64,000 nucleotides of DNA from Nageia nagi (lineage: Eukaryota > Plantae > Pinophyta). The notes beneath the pieces are model-generated. The model ran no database searches and had not been told where the DNA came from. It saw nothing but the letters and a program-made list of their open reading frames with translations. The stretch is taken from assembly GCA_050084985.1 (NCBI GenBank), contig JBITNC010000002.1, forward strand, positions 5,208,001 through 5,272,000. Direction: 5' to 3'. How positions within the stretch are numbered: the first letter of the stretch is position 1; every line of letters begins with the position of its first letter. This document shows, in pieces, positions 1-13,170 of this stretch. The position numbers and the translations under genes are program-made.

Positions 1-320
1 TGATAATGATACGTGTGCGTTGGGTAAGACGCTCTGCAAACTTGGACGTGGGCACTTGGCAGGGGCAGGACAGTATGATATTCTACAGGCGATTGAATGG
101 ACAGGATCTGCTCCAAAGAAGCGGGAAGACCGAATCCTTTCGTTCATCAACGTGCCGCGTGCTGTACGGTCATGACCTCGCTGGCATGGAGTACGGATCC
201 GGACGTGATTGCTCGTGACAGGCTGGATATTTGGCTTCCGTACTGAGGTGCAGCCAGCGAGTGTTGATAAACGGCTAGTGAGTGGAGGTAAGGCGGGCAG
301 GGGATGTCGTCTTGCGCAAG
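1..320. promoter_or_regulatory. GC/CpG-rich segment with four ACGTG (G-box/ABRE core) motifs; possibly the promoter of a gene outside the left edge
   Basis: ACGTG at about 11, 47, 150 and 203. CpG is retained here but depleted in the surrounding repeats. No recognisable protein in the frames I translated. Confidence 0.3.
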
Positions 321-2099
321 TAACAATTAAGTAGTGAAAGATCCAAGAGAAAAAAGTAGGTGAAGAATAAATAAGTTTATATGGCTTTTCCAAGACTAGT
401 AGGTGGATTGGCATCCCTCAAAACTTGAATAAAAAAGTCATAATTGTAGAAGTAACTAGCTATTGCAACCAAGGGCAATGGATACGCCAGAGAACATTAT
501 ATGGTTTATATATTTTTTTTCAATTGTAAATTATAAATATTTGAAAATAAGATCTAAAAATTAGATTTTGATTTGTTCTCTAATATCATTTGGAATAAGG
601 GGTTAAGAATTTAAAAATATTTTGCTGTTTAGTTTTTTTTTTTTTTTTGCTTTTTACATTTATTGTTAAAGTATTAACATATCGATTTCGAAAAGAATAA
701 TAAAAAATGTAAATCTTAAAGCATAGAAAAGTTTGAAAAGATTAGTTAATACCATGATAAGTGTCTAAATCAATACACATGCATCAATGCTCTTGATATT
801 TACCTCTCTTGAGAGAAAACCAATAAAGTAGAGTCATCACAAAAGTTCTAGGTTTATTTTATATGTTTTGAATTTTTGAATTTATTTTTGTTTCATAATA
901 TGTATTTTTGAGGTTAAAGACTTTCTCTCCATTAAAGGAAGTTTTTATAGAAGTATCTATTTTATATATAAGAGGGTAAGAAGTGATGTATAAAAATTGA
1001 TAGTATTTTTAGAAAATGACATTATTTGATTTTAAATTTTCATGAAGAAATATTATAGCTATCTTAGTTGTTGGTTGAGTTGGTTATGTGTTGAACTTGT
1101 TGTGACCTATAGACATACATGCTATGTAATGGCCTACTACAATTGTTCGATACATTAATCTACAATTATTCAATGCATTAATATACTTTAACTTTTTCTT
1201 TTTACAAAAAAATTGCAATGTAAATAATATTTAATAAGAATATGAGTAAATTATAAATTTACATTATATATTTAAAATTTATATTTAAAAGTTTATGTTT
1301 ATAATCTATATTTAATTTTTTATAATTTATAATTCAAATTTAAATTTTATAATTTATATTTAAAATTTCTAATTTTTAATTAAAATTTATAATTAATATT
1401 TAGAATTTATATTTAAGATTTAAAATTTATAAATAGAAATTATAATTTATAATTAAAATTTACAAGAAGATTAAGTCAAGAAGGTAACATTTATTATTAT
1501 TATTATTAAGGTATGTTGGTACAAGGTTGAAATGTTTGTCTTAAATGTTTAAATTTTTTTAGGTTTTTTAAACATTTTTTACAATAAATTTTTTTCTTAA
1601 CTATCACATAAAAAAATACATATATAATAAAAAATAATGATAGTTAAGAAAAAAATTTATTGTAAAAATTAAATTTAAAAATATATGTATTTTTTTATTA
1701 TATATGTATTTTTTTCTTAACTATCATATATATATAATAAAAATAAATTTTTTATATTATTGATATTTATATATATATAAATTTAAAAATATTTATGTAT
1801 AATTAAAATTATTTATATTTAATCCACAAATGACATAATTTTATTATATTATTAATATATTTTGATGGACATAAAAAATTTCGAAGTATATTGATGGGTA
1901 TTAGAATAATGTTGTAAATAATTTGTGGACGTGCAGAGGAAAACGTCAAATTTCAACCCTGATTTAGTCAATGAGAATAACACATGGTTGGTAAAGATTG
2001 CACCAAATTCTTCCCAATCATAAATTTTAAACATGCATGCAATGTTGGGTGTCAAGGAATCACACGACCAGTGCGAGGAAGGCGAAACAAGTAGAGAAA

Positions 2100-2260
2100 G
2101 ATAATCGACCAGTTTATGGAGGTAGAGAAAGATCTCGTGCTGTGTAAGTTCATGCACTGAGTGGCCAAGATGGCTTTTCGATGTGTGGAATTTGATAGAG
2201 ACACGAGGCCCGCCATGGTGGAGGTAGCACAGGAATTAGACTTCATATGGACCAGTTATA
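2100..2260 (+). pseudogene. WAK-like receptor kinase C-terminal fragment (copy A)
   Basis: Translates as DQFMEVEKDLVLCKFMH*VAKMAFRCVEFDRDTRPAMVEVAQELDFI (kinase subdomain XI); duplicate of ~4700-4860. Confidence 0.7.
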
Positions 2261-3104
2261 GTTGCAACATCTCAACCAAAAATGCCTCACGAGATAGAGA
2301 TAATGACAATGACCAAGCTCTTTGAATCCAACTGCAAAAATGTTTCAATCGTTTGGCCGCTACCGTGGAGCTGTAGCCTACCATCAATTTGCCAAATGAG
2401 CTTTGAAGTCTCAATGAGGATAGGCAGGTGGAAAGGATCGAGATGCATGATGTAAACGCATGAAAAGTAAACTTGCCATATAAAAATCTAAGGTCCATAG
2501 GATTTCAATCCTCTGCTGGGTATCATGGAGGTTGATAGAACCATGGATTGAGAGATGGAGCTCCTCAGTCTCAATGTGGGGATGACTTACGATGTAAATA
2601 TGGAGATTACATGTCATGAGTCAATAGCTCTTACTTTTCATTATTAATATATATTACTAGCTCGTCTTTCTAGTTGAAATTTATTATTGTATTCCTCATC
2701 TTAACATTCTCAATATGAGTGGCAAAGTCACCACCTCATTTGATTGTATTCTCAAGGATGTTAATTGACATAATCCATGTAGATTCACCTATGGCAGGAG
2801 ATATAGCCAAGGAAAGCTTGGGGACTATGTTTCAAGTCGCTTAGAGATTTATAGCATGGGGAGGAGAAGGTGGATGTTGTTGTGAGATTTGGAGTAATAA
2901 AAAGATTTGGACCTCTTAAGAGAAACATAACTTATAATGCATGCCATATTCCCTAATAATCAATGAGGGTTTAGAGGTGCACCATCTCCATATCAATTTT
3001 ATTTGTATAAATATAAATATGTGATAACACATAAAAGATAACTTTCACTTCGTCATCAATGGTGATAAGAACCATATTAGACATCCATTAAGGATAATCT
3101 ATAG

Positions 3105-3246
3105 GATTTAAGGGTAGGGTTTAATGGTTAAAGGTTAGGGTAACAAGTTAAGGGTAGGGTTAAGGTTAAGGTAAGGGTTTTGGGTTGGGGGTTAGGTATC
3201 AAAGGTTTGGGTTAGAGGTTAGGGTTAGGGTTTAAGGGTTGGGGTT
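3105..3246 (+). repeat. Degenerate telomere-like (TTAGGG/TTAAGGG-type) tract at the duplication junction
   Basis: G-rich 6-8 bp units. Shares unique interruptions (gtttaatggtta, gtaacaagttaaggg, ttaggtatc) with ~13660-13812. Confidence 0.85.
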
Positions 3247-4169
3247 AAATTTGCATGAAGAAATATTATAGTTATCTTAGTTGTTGGTTGAGTTGGTTAT
3301 GTGTTGACCTTGTTGTGACCTATAGACATACATGCTATGTAATGACCTACTATAATTGTTCGATACATTAATATACTTTAACTTTTTCTTTTTACGGAAA
3401 AAATTACGATGTAAATTATATTTAATAAGAATATGAGTAAATTATAAATTTACATTCTATATTTAAAATTTATAATTCAAATTTAAATTTTATAATTTAT
3501 ATTTAAAATTTCTAATTTTTAATTAAAATTTTTAATTAAATTTAAAATTAATATTTAAGATTTAAAATTTATAAATAGAAATTATAATTTATAATTAAAA
3601 TTTACAAGAAGATTAAGTTAAGAAGGTAACATTTATTATTATTATTATTATTATTAAGGTATGTTGATACAAGGATGAAATGTTTGTCTTAAATGTTTAA
3701 ATTTTTTAGGTCTTTTAAATATTTTTTACAATATTTTTTTTCTTAATTATCACATAAGAAAAATACATATATAATAAAAAATAATGAATTTATTGATGTT
3801 TAAAATATTTATTTATAATATTGATATTTATACATATTTTAAATTTAAAAATATTTATGTATAATTAAAAATATTTATATTTAATCCACACATGAAATAA
3901 TTTTATCATATTATTAATATATTTTGATGGACATAAAAAAATTCAAAGTATATTAATGGGTATTAGAATATTGTTATAAATAATTTGTGGACATGCAAAG
4001 GAAAATGTCAAATTTCAACCTGATTTGGTTAAGGAGAATAACACATGGTAGGTAAAGATTGCACCAAATTCTTACCAATCATAAATTCTAAACATGCATG
4101 CAATGTTGAGTGTCAAGGAATCACATGACCAACGTGAGGAAGGTGAAACAAGTGGAAAAATAGGTGCTT

Positions 4170-4575
4170 TCATCTAGCTAAATGTTGTGGTTGCAAATTC
4201 CTTGGTAGACATGTATGCAAACTGTAGAAATCTAAAGAATGCATGCAAATTATTTCACAAGATGCATGATTCATACATGGTTTCATGGAACTTAATGATC
4301 GTAGGATATGAACTAAATGGATTTTTTGAAAGAGTGCTAGAGATATTTTCATGGAATGCAATGATCGTAGGATATGCATAAAATGGGATTTCTAAAAAGG
4401 CCCTACAGACTATCTAAAATTTGCCAACATTCTTCCAATACGTGCCAGCGTAGGATCTCTAGAAGAAGGTATGGACATCCATCAAAGAGTAGTTGGAGAT
4501 GGTTTTTCGTCAAATGTTGTGGTGTGGGTGCCAGATAGACATGTATGCAAAATGTTGAAGAATACACAAGGCTTA
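4170..4575 (+). pseudogene. PLS-class pentatricopeptide repeat (PPR) gene fragment
   Basis: VVANSLVDMYANCRNLKNACKLFHKMH...VSWNLMIVGY...WNAMIVGYA*NG and MDIHQRVVGDGFSSNVVV, with stops and frameshifts. Confidence 0.85.
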
Positions 4576-4619
4576 GGAATTATGAAAAATATTATTGGTA
4601 GAAGTGTTCTGCAAATTTT

Positions 4620-4860
4620 GCCCTTATGGTGGAGATGTAATCCACATCAACATGGTGGTGTTAACCACCAACAAGTTTCGAAGTAGTTATAGTTTGGAGG
4701 AGATATTCGACCAATTTATGGAGGTAGAGAAAGATCTCATGCTATGTAAGTTTGTGCATCGAGTGGCTAAGATGGCTTTTCGATGTGTAGAATTTGATAG
4801 ATACACTAGGCCCACCATGGTGGAGGTAGCACAGGAATTAGACTTCATATGGATCAGTTA
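4620..4860 (+). pseudogene. WAK-like (WAKL14/15-type) kinase C-terminal fragment
   Basis: INMVVLTTNKFRSSYSLEEIFDQFMEVEKD...VHRVAKMAFRCVEFDRYTRPTMVEVAQELDFI resembles the WAKL pattern INLAALA...LDEIIDPFLE...IHKVAELAFRCL...RPSMxEVAxEL. Confidence 0.75.
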
Positions 4861-7534
4861 TAGTCGCAACATCTCAACCAAAAATTCCTCCCTTCATTTG
4901 ATTGATATTATCTTCTTATCACATGTTGCATGAGATAATGACAATGACCAAGATCTTTGAATCCAAGTGCAAAAATGTTTCAATCGTTTATCTGCTACCG
5001 TGGAGTTGTAGCCTACCATCAATTTGCCAAATGAGCTTTGAAGTCTCAATGAGGATACACTTTATAACAGGCACATGGAAAGGATTGAGATGCATGATGT
5101 AAATGCATGAAAAGTAAACTTGCCATATAAAAGTCTAAGGTCCATAGAATTTCAATCCTTTGCTTAGTATCATGGAGGTTGATAAAACCATGGATTGACA
5201 GATGGAGCTCCTCAGTCTCAATGTGGGGATGACTTATGATGTAAATATGGAGATTAAATGTCATGAGTCAATAGCTCTTACTTTTGATTTTTAATATATA
5301 TTACTAGCTCATCTTTCTAGTTCAAATTTATTATTGTATTCCTCATCTTAACATTCTCAATATGAGTGGCAAAGTCACCACCTCATTTGATTGTATTCTC
5401 AAGGATGTTAATTGACATAATCCATGTAGATTCACCTATGGCAAGAGATATAGCTAAGGAAAAGCTTGGGGACTATGTTTCAAATCGCTTAGAGATTTTT
5501 AGCATGGGGAGGAGAAGGTGGATGTTGTTGTGAGATTTAGAGTAATAAAAAGACTTTGACCTCTTAAGAGAAACATAACTCATAATGCATGACATATTCC
5601 CTAATAATCAATGAGGGTTTAGAGGTGCACCATTCCATACCAACTTTATTTGCATAAATATAAATATGTGATAACATATAAAAGATAACTTGCACTTCGT
5701 CATCAATAGCGATAGGAACCAATTAGATATCCATTAAGGATAATCTATAGGTTGAATAAAATATATGCCTATCAGCTTTTGGAGTTCTTCCTTGACCATT
5801 AAGGCTATTGTAGGATGCATTTTTTTCAATTTTAGTTTGTAAGGCTTAGCATTGGGATCAAGGGTAAGATTATGTACAATGAGCTTAGGATCAAGGTCAG
5901 GCATGCAATCTTTATAAGACCAAGAAAAATACCCTTTTTTCATGATTTTAGAATGTTTATGAGGAGTATCTTTTCTTCATTAGTCTAAGTTATGCCTATT
6001 AGCATGATTTGCAAGTTATTTGGTTATGTAGAGAGATCAACTTCTAAAGTATCTTTGATCAGCATGTGGCACTTATCCTCTAATTGGTGAGGAACATGAA
6101 TGTAATATCTCTCATTTATGTTTAATGGGGATGAAGACTTATCATCATCTAATCCTTCCACTTGATAGATGGGAAAATATGTAGAATGAAACGAAAGAGG
6201 GGTGAATTTATGTACATGGTTCAAAACCTAAGGCATAAGAAATAAATCATAAGAAGTTATATTCAGTAATATTTTACTAAAGTCAATGGTAGTTGGCTTT
6301 AGAGGAAAAGTACAAGGATAGTATTCTTCTAAACGAAGAGGAGAAAATAAATCAGTGTACGCCATGTGTGAATAAGGAGGTGCACCTACAAAAATAAAAG
6401 AAATGTAGAAATTAAAATGCTTAACTCATTAAAATACTTATGTGTAAAAAGCATGAAATTATTTACAAGAACATCTATTATCTAATATATAATAATGTAT
6501 AAAAGAACTAGTACAAGGGAAAAGAAGGCAAAGAGAAAGAAGAATGAGGTGGAAAAGGAGAGGAAAGAGATGGTGTAATAGAAGAAGGTTGAGATGAGGA
6601 AGTAGAAGCAACGAAATGAGACAAAGAAGAAGATAAAGAAGGTGTAATAGAAGAATATTGAGATGATGGTAGAGAAGGAATGGTATGAAAAAGAAATCAA
6701 GAAGGATATGATCGATTAACCAAAGGAGGAATGATGGGATGCAATTTGAAAAGAACTACATGTGTGAGTGGGGTGAGGTACTATGGAATGTGTATAATAA
6801 GCTCGAAGTCATTATGGCAAAGAGAAACTATTCAACTTGATTCATCCTTTGAAGCATCAAAGTTTATGGTAGGAGACGCGAAACTACCCTTGACATTATC
6901 ATTAGAGGAGTCAATAAACTCAATGTGAATCATGTAGATATCCAAGGTCTCATCAAGAGAAATGAGGGAAGAATACTTGCTCGAATTAATAAACAAGTCA
7001 TCAATAAAATCACCATTACTCCAAGGAGTTGTTTATTTTCCTCTAAGGCATTTATGTTAAAATCCTCTAAGAGTTATTCAATAGTGATAGAGGATTCTTC
7101 TTGATGGTATCCTAGGCCTGCTTTATATATGGGAAAGTGATATGGAACTTGTAAGATGCATCGAGGTCCTTTCTCATCACACCATAATCCATGAACTTGT
7201 AATTGATATCATTGAAGGCAATGTAAAACATAGTCTAGATTTGATAAGTAACCCATGTTCCTTCAATAGACCCTTTAGGTAGAGTTGTGTGGGGTAAAGT
7301 AATGGGTTGGTTAGCTCCAACATAAATAAATGATGTGGTAAAGTCGGATGGACCCAAATGGCATATACTACCATTGATTTGTCTAGTTGTAGGAAGAAAA
7401 CTAAATTTTTGAGCAATTTGTATAGTAGGGATGGGGAAATATACATTGTGAACAACATACTCTCCCATGCTTGAACTCAATATCTATACAAACATGTGCT
7501 ATAAGTCGATATGGATTGATGTGAATGAGGTTGT

Positions 7535-8067
7535 TGTTGGAATATATAATGCATAATTGTAAGGTTATTGTAAATTCATCAATACTTTAAGGTATCTATA
7601 GATAACTTAAGTATTTAAGTGAATATGATAATGCAACTTGTCCTACACTCCTTCTCATAAGCATGCCCTTGGGTAAAAGGGTGAAGCATGCCATGCCTTT
7701 TACAATGGTTAAAAGGGTGATCCAAGGGAGAATTTTAGCCTATAAATATAAGGCCCTCTCCTTGATATTACACACCAAAAGTTGAAGCAAAGTTATTCTC
7801 TAGGATTAGTGTTAAGAGAGGAAGAAAGAGATCTTGTAACAGAGTTATCTATGTGAATGTGAAAGATCTAAGTTAGCAGATGTACTCCCATGGTTGAGGA
7901 ACCACGTTACATTGGTGTTAATTTGTGAGAATGTTTATGCTTTGAGTATTGATGTTTGAGAGAGCTTTCATATAATATTGGGCATATACGAATTAGGTCT
8001 TTTACTCTTAATTCAATCGATCATCTCTTAAGGGCTTGAAGATGCTTGTGTATATGATAAACAAACA
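7535..8067 (+). mobile_element. Probable solo LTR of the Copia family found at 45395-45969
   Basis: Begins TGTTGGAAT and matches the reverse complement of ~45720-45969 (e.g. aagtgaatatgataatg(c/t)aacttgtcctacactcc). TATA-like cctataaata is present. The right end is approximate and no TSD was confirmed. Confidence 0.75.
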
Positions 8068-10841
8068 ATAAGGGATTATGGAACAAGAGTAACAAAAGGT
8101 ACACTAATTGGAATAAAAGAAAAGGAAGAAATAGTGATACTAGGAGAAGAAGTTATAGTCATAAAAGCAACATGAATAGAAGGAGAAGATTAAGAGATAG
8201 AAAGTTGGGTAAAGGAGAGAGGCATCCCATACTTAGGTTTACGAATAGGATATGTTTCTTGCACATGATCATTCACATACAAGGAAGGGATCATTAGAGA
8301 AATAAAGATATGAGGTAACATTATGGAAGATGGTAGAGGGTGATTAGTTTCAAGAAAAGGAGTAGAAAGAAAAAGATGGTAGGGAGAGAATTAAATTTGT
8401 TTGTAGAAGAATAAGGAGGAGGAAATAATTTATAGTAGAAAAAGGAAGTGGCCAAGAGGATGAGAGGATGAGCTACATGTGTTTATGGAATGAAAAATAA
8501 CTAGAGGAGATACCTAATGGTATTATGGAGCAAAAAAGTGTAGAAAAGACAAAGAATAGAATGGCTAAGGAGGATAAGGAGGATGAGAAGGGAAATGGAT
8601 AAAAGGATCAACAAGAGCTTTAGGGGAGTAAGGGTAGAAAGAAGAAGGAGAAGGGGATCTAGGTCTTGAAATAGTAAATGAAGGAAAAAGGGACGAAGAA
8701 GAAGAAGATGAAGAAGGTAAGATAGGTGGACTATGAAGAGAAGAAAGGTGTGTAGAAGGAATACTAGGATGAATAGAAGAATGGATAATGTTATAGTGAT
8801 TAAATGAGATATCATTTAGAGGGATACGATGTACATGCATATACTTGAGATAATGATGAAGAGTTGAAGGAACATGGTTCTTAGCATGAATCCATGGTCA
8901 TCCTAATAAAATATTATTATCAAGTTTACCACCTACAACATGGAATAAAGATGAGATAGTTTTGATACCCTTCTTTATAGGGAGAACGATTGTTATAGGG
9001 GTGAAAATAAGGAATTATCAAAGGCATGCAATGCAAAGGTAGGTGTAGAAATATGCATAGATGGTAACCTTAAATGTTCAAGGGTAGCTTGAGAAATGAT
9101 GTTAATCAAAGACCCAATATTAGTGAGAGCTCTCTTAAAACATAATAAATCAATCTCAATAATGATGTGCATGGGGAGATCCTTAGCATTAGGGTCTATT
9201 CAGTCTTGAATTTGATCATCATAAAAGTCAATAAAAGGAGAGAAAAGAGTTCACACACTTTTTATAAAGAGAGCAAAGACCTTAAGATTTCTTTCATCTA
9301 GGTCGATGGATTGTAAGATCATTTTTATGGCTTGTGATGGGGGTTAAATTGTTGTAGTAGGTTAAAGATGGTGAGCTTTGCGAGAGCAATCTTGATTTGG
9401 TGGGGAAGGATACTCATGATGGTTAGAAGTGGATGAGTAATTATGGTAGTTCTAGGGGTGATTGGAATACTGAATGGAGGATTGGAAGACTATATATTTA
9501 TGGGTGGATTAGGATCTCTCATTTAATCATAATTGGTATAGGTAATGATATTAATCATGCCAACAAAATATTGTGTATTAATTGGAACATGGTTGACATG
9601 GTTAATTTGACCTAGGATGGTTTGGGAAGTGGAAGCAATATGTGGGGGAGGTCATGGTGGTTATTGAGTAAGTGGGGGTTGCTACAAGAGTGGATTTTGA
9701 AATATTTCAAATTATTAATTGTGAGGAGTGAGAGGGTTATTAAATTTGTATCATCCATCCTTAATCATATCTTGCACAATGTTCTTAAGATTATGACACT
9801 TTTTTATTTCATGACCAGCTTGGTAATGATATGAATAATATTCTTCTTGATGTATGATACTAATTTAATTTAGGTGGCATCATGAGGATGAATCTTAAGA
9901 ATATTAATATGATGAGTGTTATATAACCTTTGGAACACATTATATAAGGCCTCATGAACTAGGGTGAAGTTACACGATGGAAATGGTAGGTGTTGTGGGA
10001 GAGCATTGGGAAATGAAGGTAGTGGAACAAAGAGGTTGTGAACCACATATTAGGGCTAAAGGTAAAAAGGTGGAGGTGTCATGGAAGAAGTGTATTATAG
10101 AGGATAATATGGCATAGGAGGTGATGGAGGATATGGAGATGGAGGGTAAGGTGATGGTCGATCTATAAGAATATAATAGGGTGAGGGTGAAGAATATGAA
10201 AATTGCATGGGTGAAAATATTATTTCATTGAAAGTAACTTATCCCACATGTGCTCCCTTAGATAGATATCCATAGGTAGGAGTGGATTTATTGGCTTTTG
10301 GGGGATAATCAATTTTCTTATTTAGCTTCAGGTCTCCTTTGTTTATCTTAACTTCCTCAATAAGTTTGGCCTATGATATAGCATGCTCGCAAGAATAGTA
10401 TTGTTGGATCTGCAACATAGATGATATGTATTTTCCACAACTCCAAGAAAAACTATTCACCAATTCATTTGAGGGGATATTAAGGGGAGGTAATTGATAA
10501 TATCCCTCCATCGAGACACATAATCATTGACAGAATCATCCATATACTATCTAAGATTGTAAAGATCAGGAAAACATGTCTTCCTCTTAATGTTGATTAA
10601 GTATGGATAAAGGAAGGTATTGACTAATTATTCGAAAGATAAGAGACTATGTTAAGGCATATTATTGAACCAATCACTTTTTTATCAATAAATGAAGACA
10701 ACATAAGAGGATCATTAAAGCTAATGAGATAACATAGACTTTGGAAAGTATGAACATGCTCTAGTGGGTCTTCCTTGCCCTTGAATTGGTCAAAATTAGG
10801 AACCTTAAACTTATCTAGATATGAATAAAATGGGATAAAAG

Positions 10842-11447
10842 TGTTAGAACTATAATGTTATTTAGGGTATTTCTTAATTAATATGCCTTAGCATATTAAG
10901 AATCACCTAAAGTTGTTTATTAGGTGATAATAAGGTTCATGCATGGTGGGTGGAATAGTATTCTCCACTCAACTTAAAATAGTATTTGTTAGGTGGAATA
11001 GTGTCTCCACTAACAAATACATGTAAATTTATATTGTAACTTAGGGTTAACTAACCTATTAATGGTTAGGTTAGTTAACTACCTAAGGTTAGTTTTGAAT
11101 CGTATAAAAGGAGCTCATATTGTGAAGATTGGAAATGAAAAATAGGAAGTAAATAGAAATATAGTTGTAAAGATGTTAATATAGATCTTAGGTAGTAAGG
11201 TCTTAAGCATGCAAGCTATGCTTCATGCTAAGGAGAGTCATGGTTGAGATCCATGAGAGTGTACATTGTTTGAGAGTATGGTGAAAAGGGGACCTAAAGT
11301 GAAGTACTCCATGTGATGGAGGAACCACTATACATCTTGTTTTACTATTTGAGAATGCTTCTTGTGTACTTAGATTTAGAATGATTGATTGCTATATTTG
11401 ATGGAGGTCATACAAGTATTCTTGGGTTATGGAATCCTCCAATTCCA
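10842..11447 (+). mobile_element. Solo LTR inserted in the Gypsy gag region
   Basis: TG...CA ends with a 5-bp TSD AAAAG/TAAAG. Shares the gtactcc...gaggaaccac motif with the LTRs at 7535 and 45395. Confidence 0.7.
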
Positions 11448-13170
11448 TAAAGAAGGATTAATGGGTTCCTTGCAAAGGTGGGTTTGCAACCTATCCAAAA
11501 GCCTATGATCTATAGAGATAGACTGAGGAATCCTAGGTGGCGTAGCAAAATTAAGGGGTACCTATGGGGAAGAAGAATTTTTGGGCTAAGTTGAAAAGGG
11601 GATGGACTTGGAGGTGTATAGAAAGAGGTATATGATGGTAAAGGAAAGGGATATGGTGCAACTATCATATGAACTTGACTAGGTTATAGCAATGAAATTA
11701 GTGTTGAAAGCTAACTAAATGGTGGAGATTGGGGGTGGGGGGACATATTCTAATGAGGCTTGTGGTTATGGTAAAGATCATGATAAATCACATGTTTATG
11801 GTTAGGAAGTATACTAAGGCTGAGGAGTAGGTGAAAACTATTGCACTTACGTGGAAGGAGGTGGTTGTTGTCAAAGAAATAGGTGTTGTGCATAGCGAGG
11901 GAGATTAAGATGGAGAAGAAAATGATGTAGATGGATAACCCATTGATGAGGGAAATTTTACCAATAAAATTTTGGGAGGTAAAAGGTGCTTGGAAAAACT
12001 ATAAAAATGTATCATCGAAAGATGCAAATTCTATTGAAAATGTAGGATAAGGGGTAATCATAGAAGAAGGGTGTTGAAACTAAAAATTCAATAGAGAAGA
12101 TAACAAAATAGGGGGTGGCGTAAAGACTGTAGGTGAGAGATGAGACAATGTAATAAAATCATAAGATGGAAAAATGAAGTGGAAACCATGTAAGGAGTTT
12201 AGAAGTATTATGGAGGTATGGATGTGCTAAGAGTGAATGGATATTGAAATGTCTAAGGCGGAGGAGATGAGGAAGTGGTAGAAGAGAAAATAGCTTCTGT
12301 AAATGTAGGGGAAGATTAGCTTGATGAAAGATGTTAAGTAGTGGGAGAAATATAAATCATCTCCATAGAAAAAGATGAAGATATAGGATAAGAGCTAGGG
12401 TAATAGTGAATCTCAACTTGGTAAGAAGGACCTAATGTAGAAGTGGGTGAAAAGGATATGTGAGGTAAACTCTCCATATGTAGAGGTGAATGAAAAGGCA
12501 AGTGCTCTTTTGGGGTGACATATGTAACCAAAAAGGGGTGGTGAAGATTGTAGTATGCATCATATGTGTCTCCATGATTAGACTCATGATAGTAATCACC
12601 ATCTTGTAGGATACCCTCTCCACCTTGACAATAATGAGTGGTGGAAGGGTTTAGGTGTATGAAGAAAAGTTATAATACCTCATGCAAAAGAAGGTAGATG
12701 TAGAAGGATCACTACAAAATAAAATAGATTTTATGTTAGAGCGCACATCATAAACTAATATATTTTTTTTTACAAATTTTGATCCATAATTTGATGCCAT
12801 ATCTATTGTTAAACGACATGATAAAAATTATGTTAAAATTTGTATCAAATAATGCATCATCGTGTGTTAGATATGGAGACATTCGATGTCAAAATTAGAG
12901 TAAAAACTAGAGACACTTTATGTTAGTAGTGGAGGAACTTTGCATTTTAATTTGAGTAAAAAATAGAGACACTTTGCATATTAATTTGTAATGAAAATAG
13001 AGGCACTTGGATTGAGCATGTGCATCAACAATAGAGGTACTCTGAGGTGCATTTTGAGTAAACTATGCAGGCACTCTAAGTTAGATTTCACATCATACGA
13101 CATTAGTATTGGCATAAAAAGTTAGAATTTTGTAAAAACATATTTGAATTGATCTTGTTGGACTAGTGCT

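Larger units (their letters stand above)
1033..3246 (+). repeat. Tandem duplication, copy A (internally deleted)
   Basis: Colinear with 3246-5751: both start ttaaatt(t/g)catgaagaaatattatag and share sequence to ggataatctatagg. Copy A lacks the equivalent of ~4155-4700 and ends in a telomere-like tract matching ~13660-13812. Confidence 0.9.
3246..5751 (+). repeat. Tandem duplication, copy B (more complete)
   Basis: Colinear with 1033-3105 and continues directly into the Gypsy RT remnant. Confidence 0.9.
5715..12709 (-). mobile_element. Decayed Ty3/Gypsy (Tat/Ogre-like) retrotransposon internal region: gag, protease, G-patch-like motif, start of RT
   Basis: Minus strand. gag FKVPNFDQFKGKEDPLEHV (~10760-10815); knuckle-like YHYQAGHEIKKCHNLKNIVQDMI (~9760-9835); protease region RALTNIGSLINII...LLG*PWIHAKNHVPSTLHHYLKY (~8840-9140); GLGYHQEE (~7095-7120); RT start FSWSYKDCMPDLDPKLIVHNL...FIQPIDYP*WISN (5715-5943). 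Confidence 0.85.

Noticed and set aside
6482-8840. Hydrophobic Phe/Leu-rich ORFs (6482-6700, 8501-8815) that look like membrane proteins
   Set aside because: Off-frame translations of purine-skewed, low-complexity Gypsy spacer sequence.
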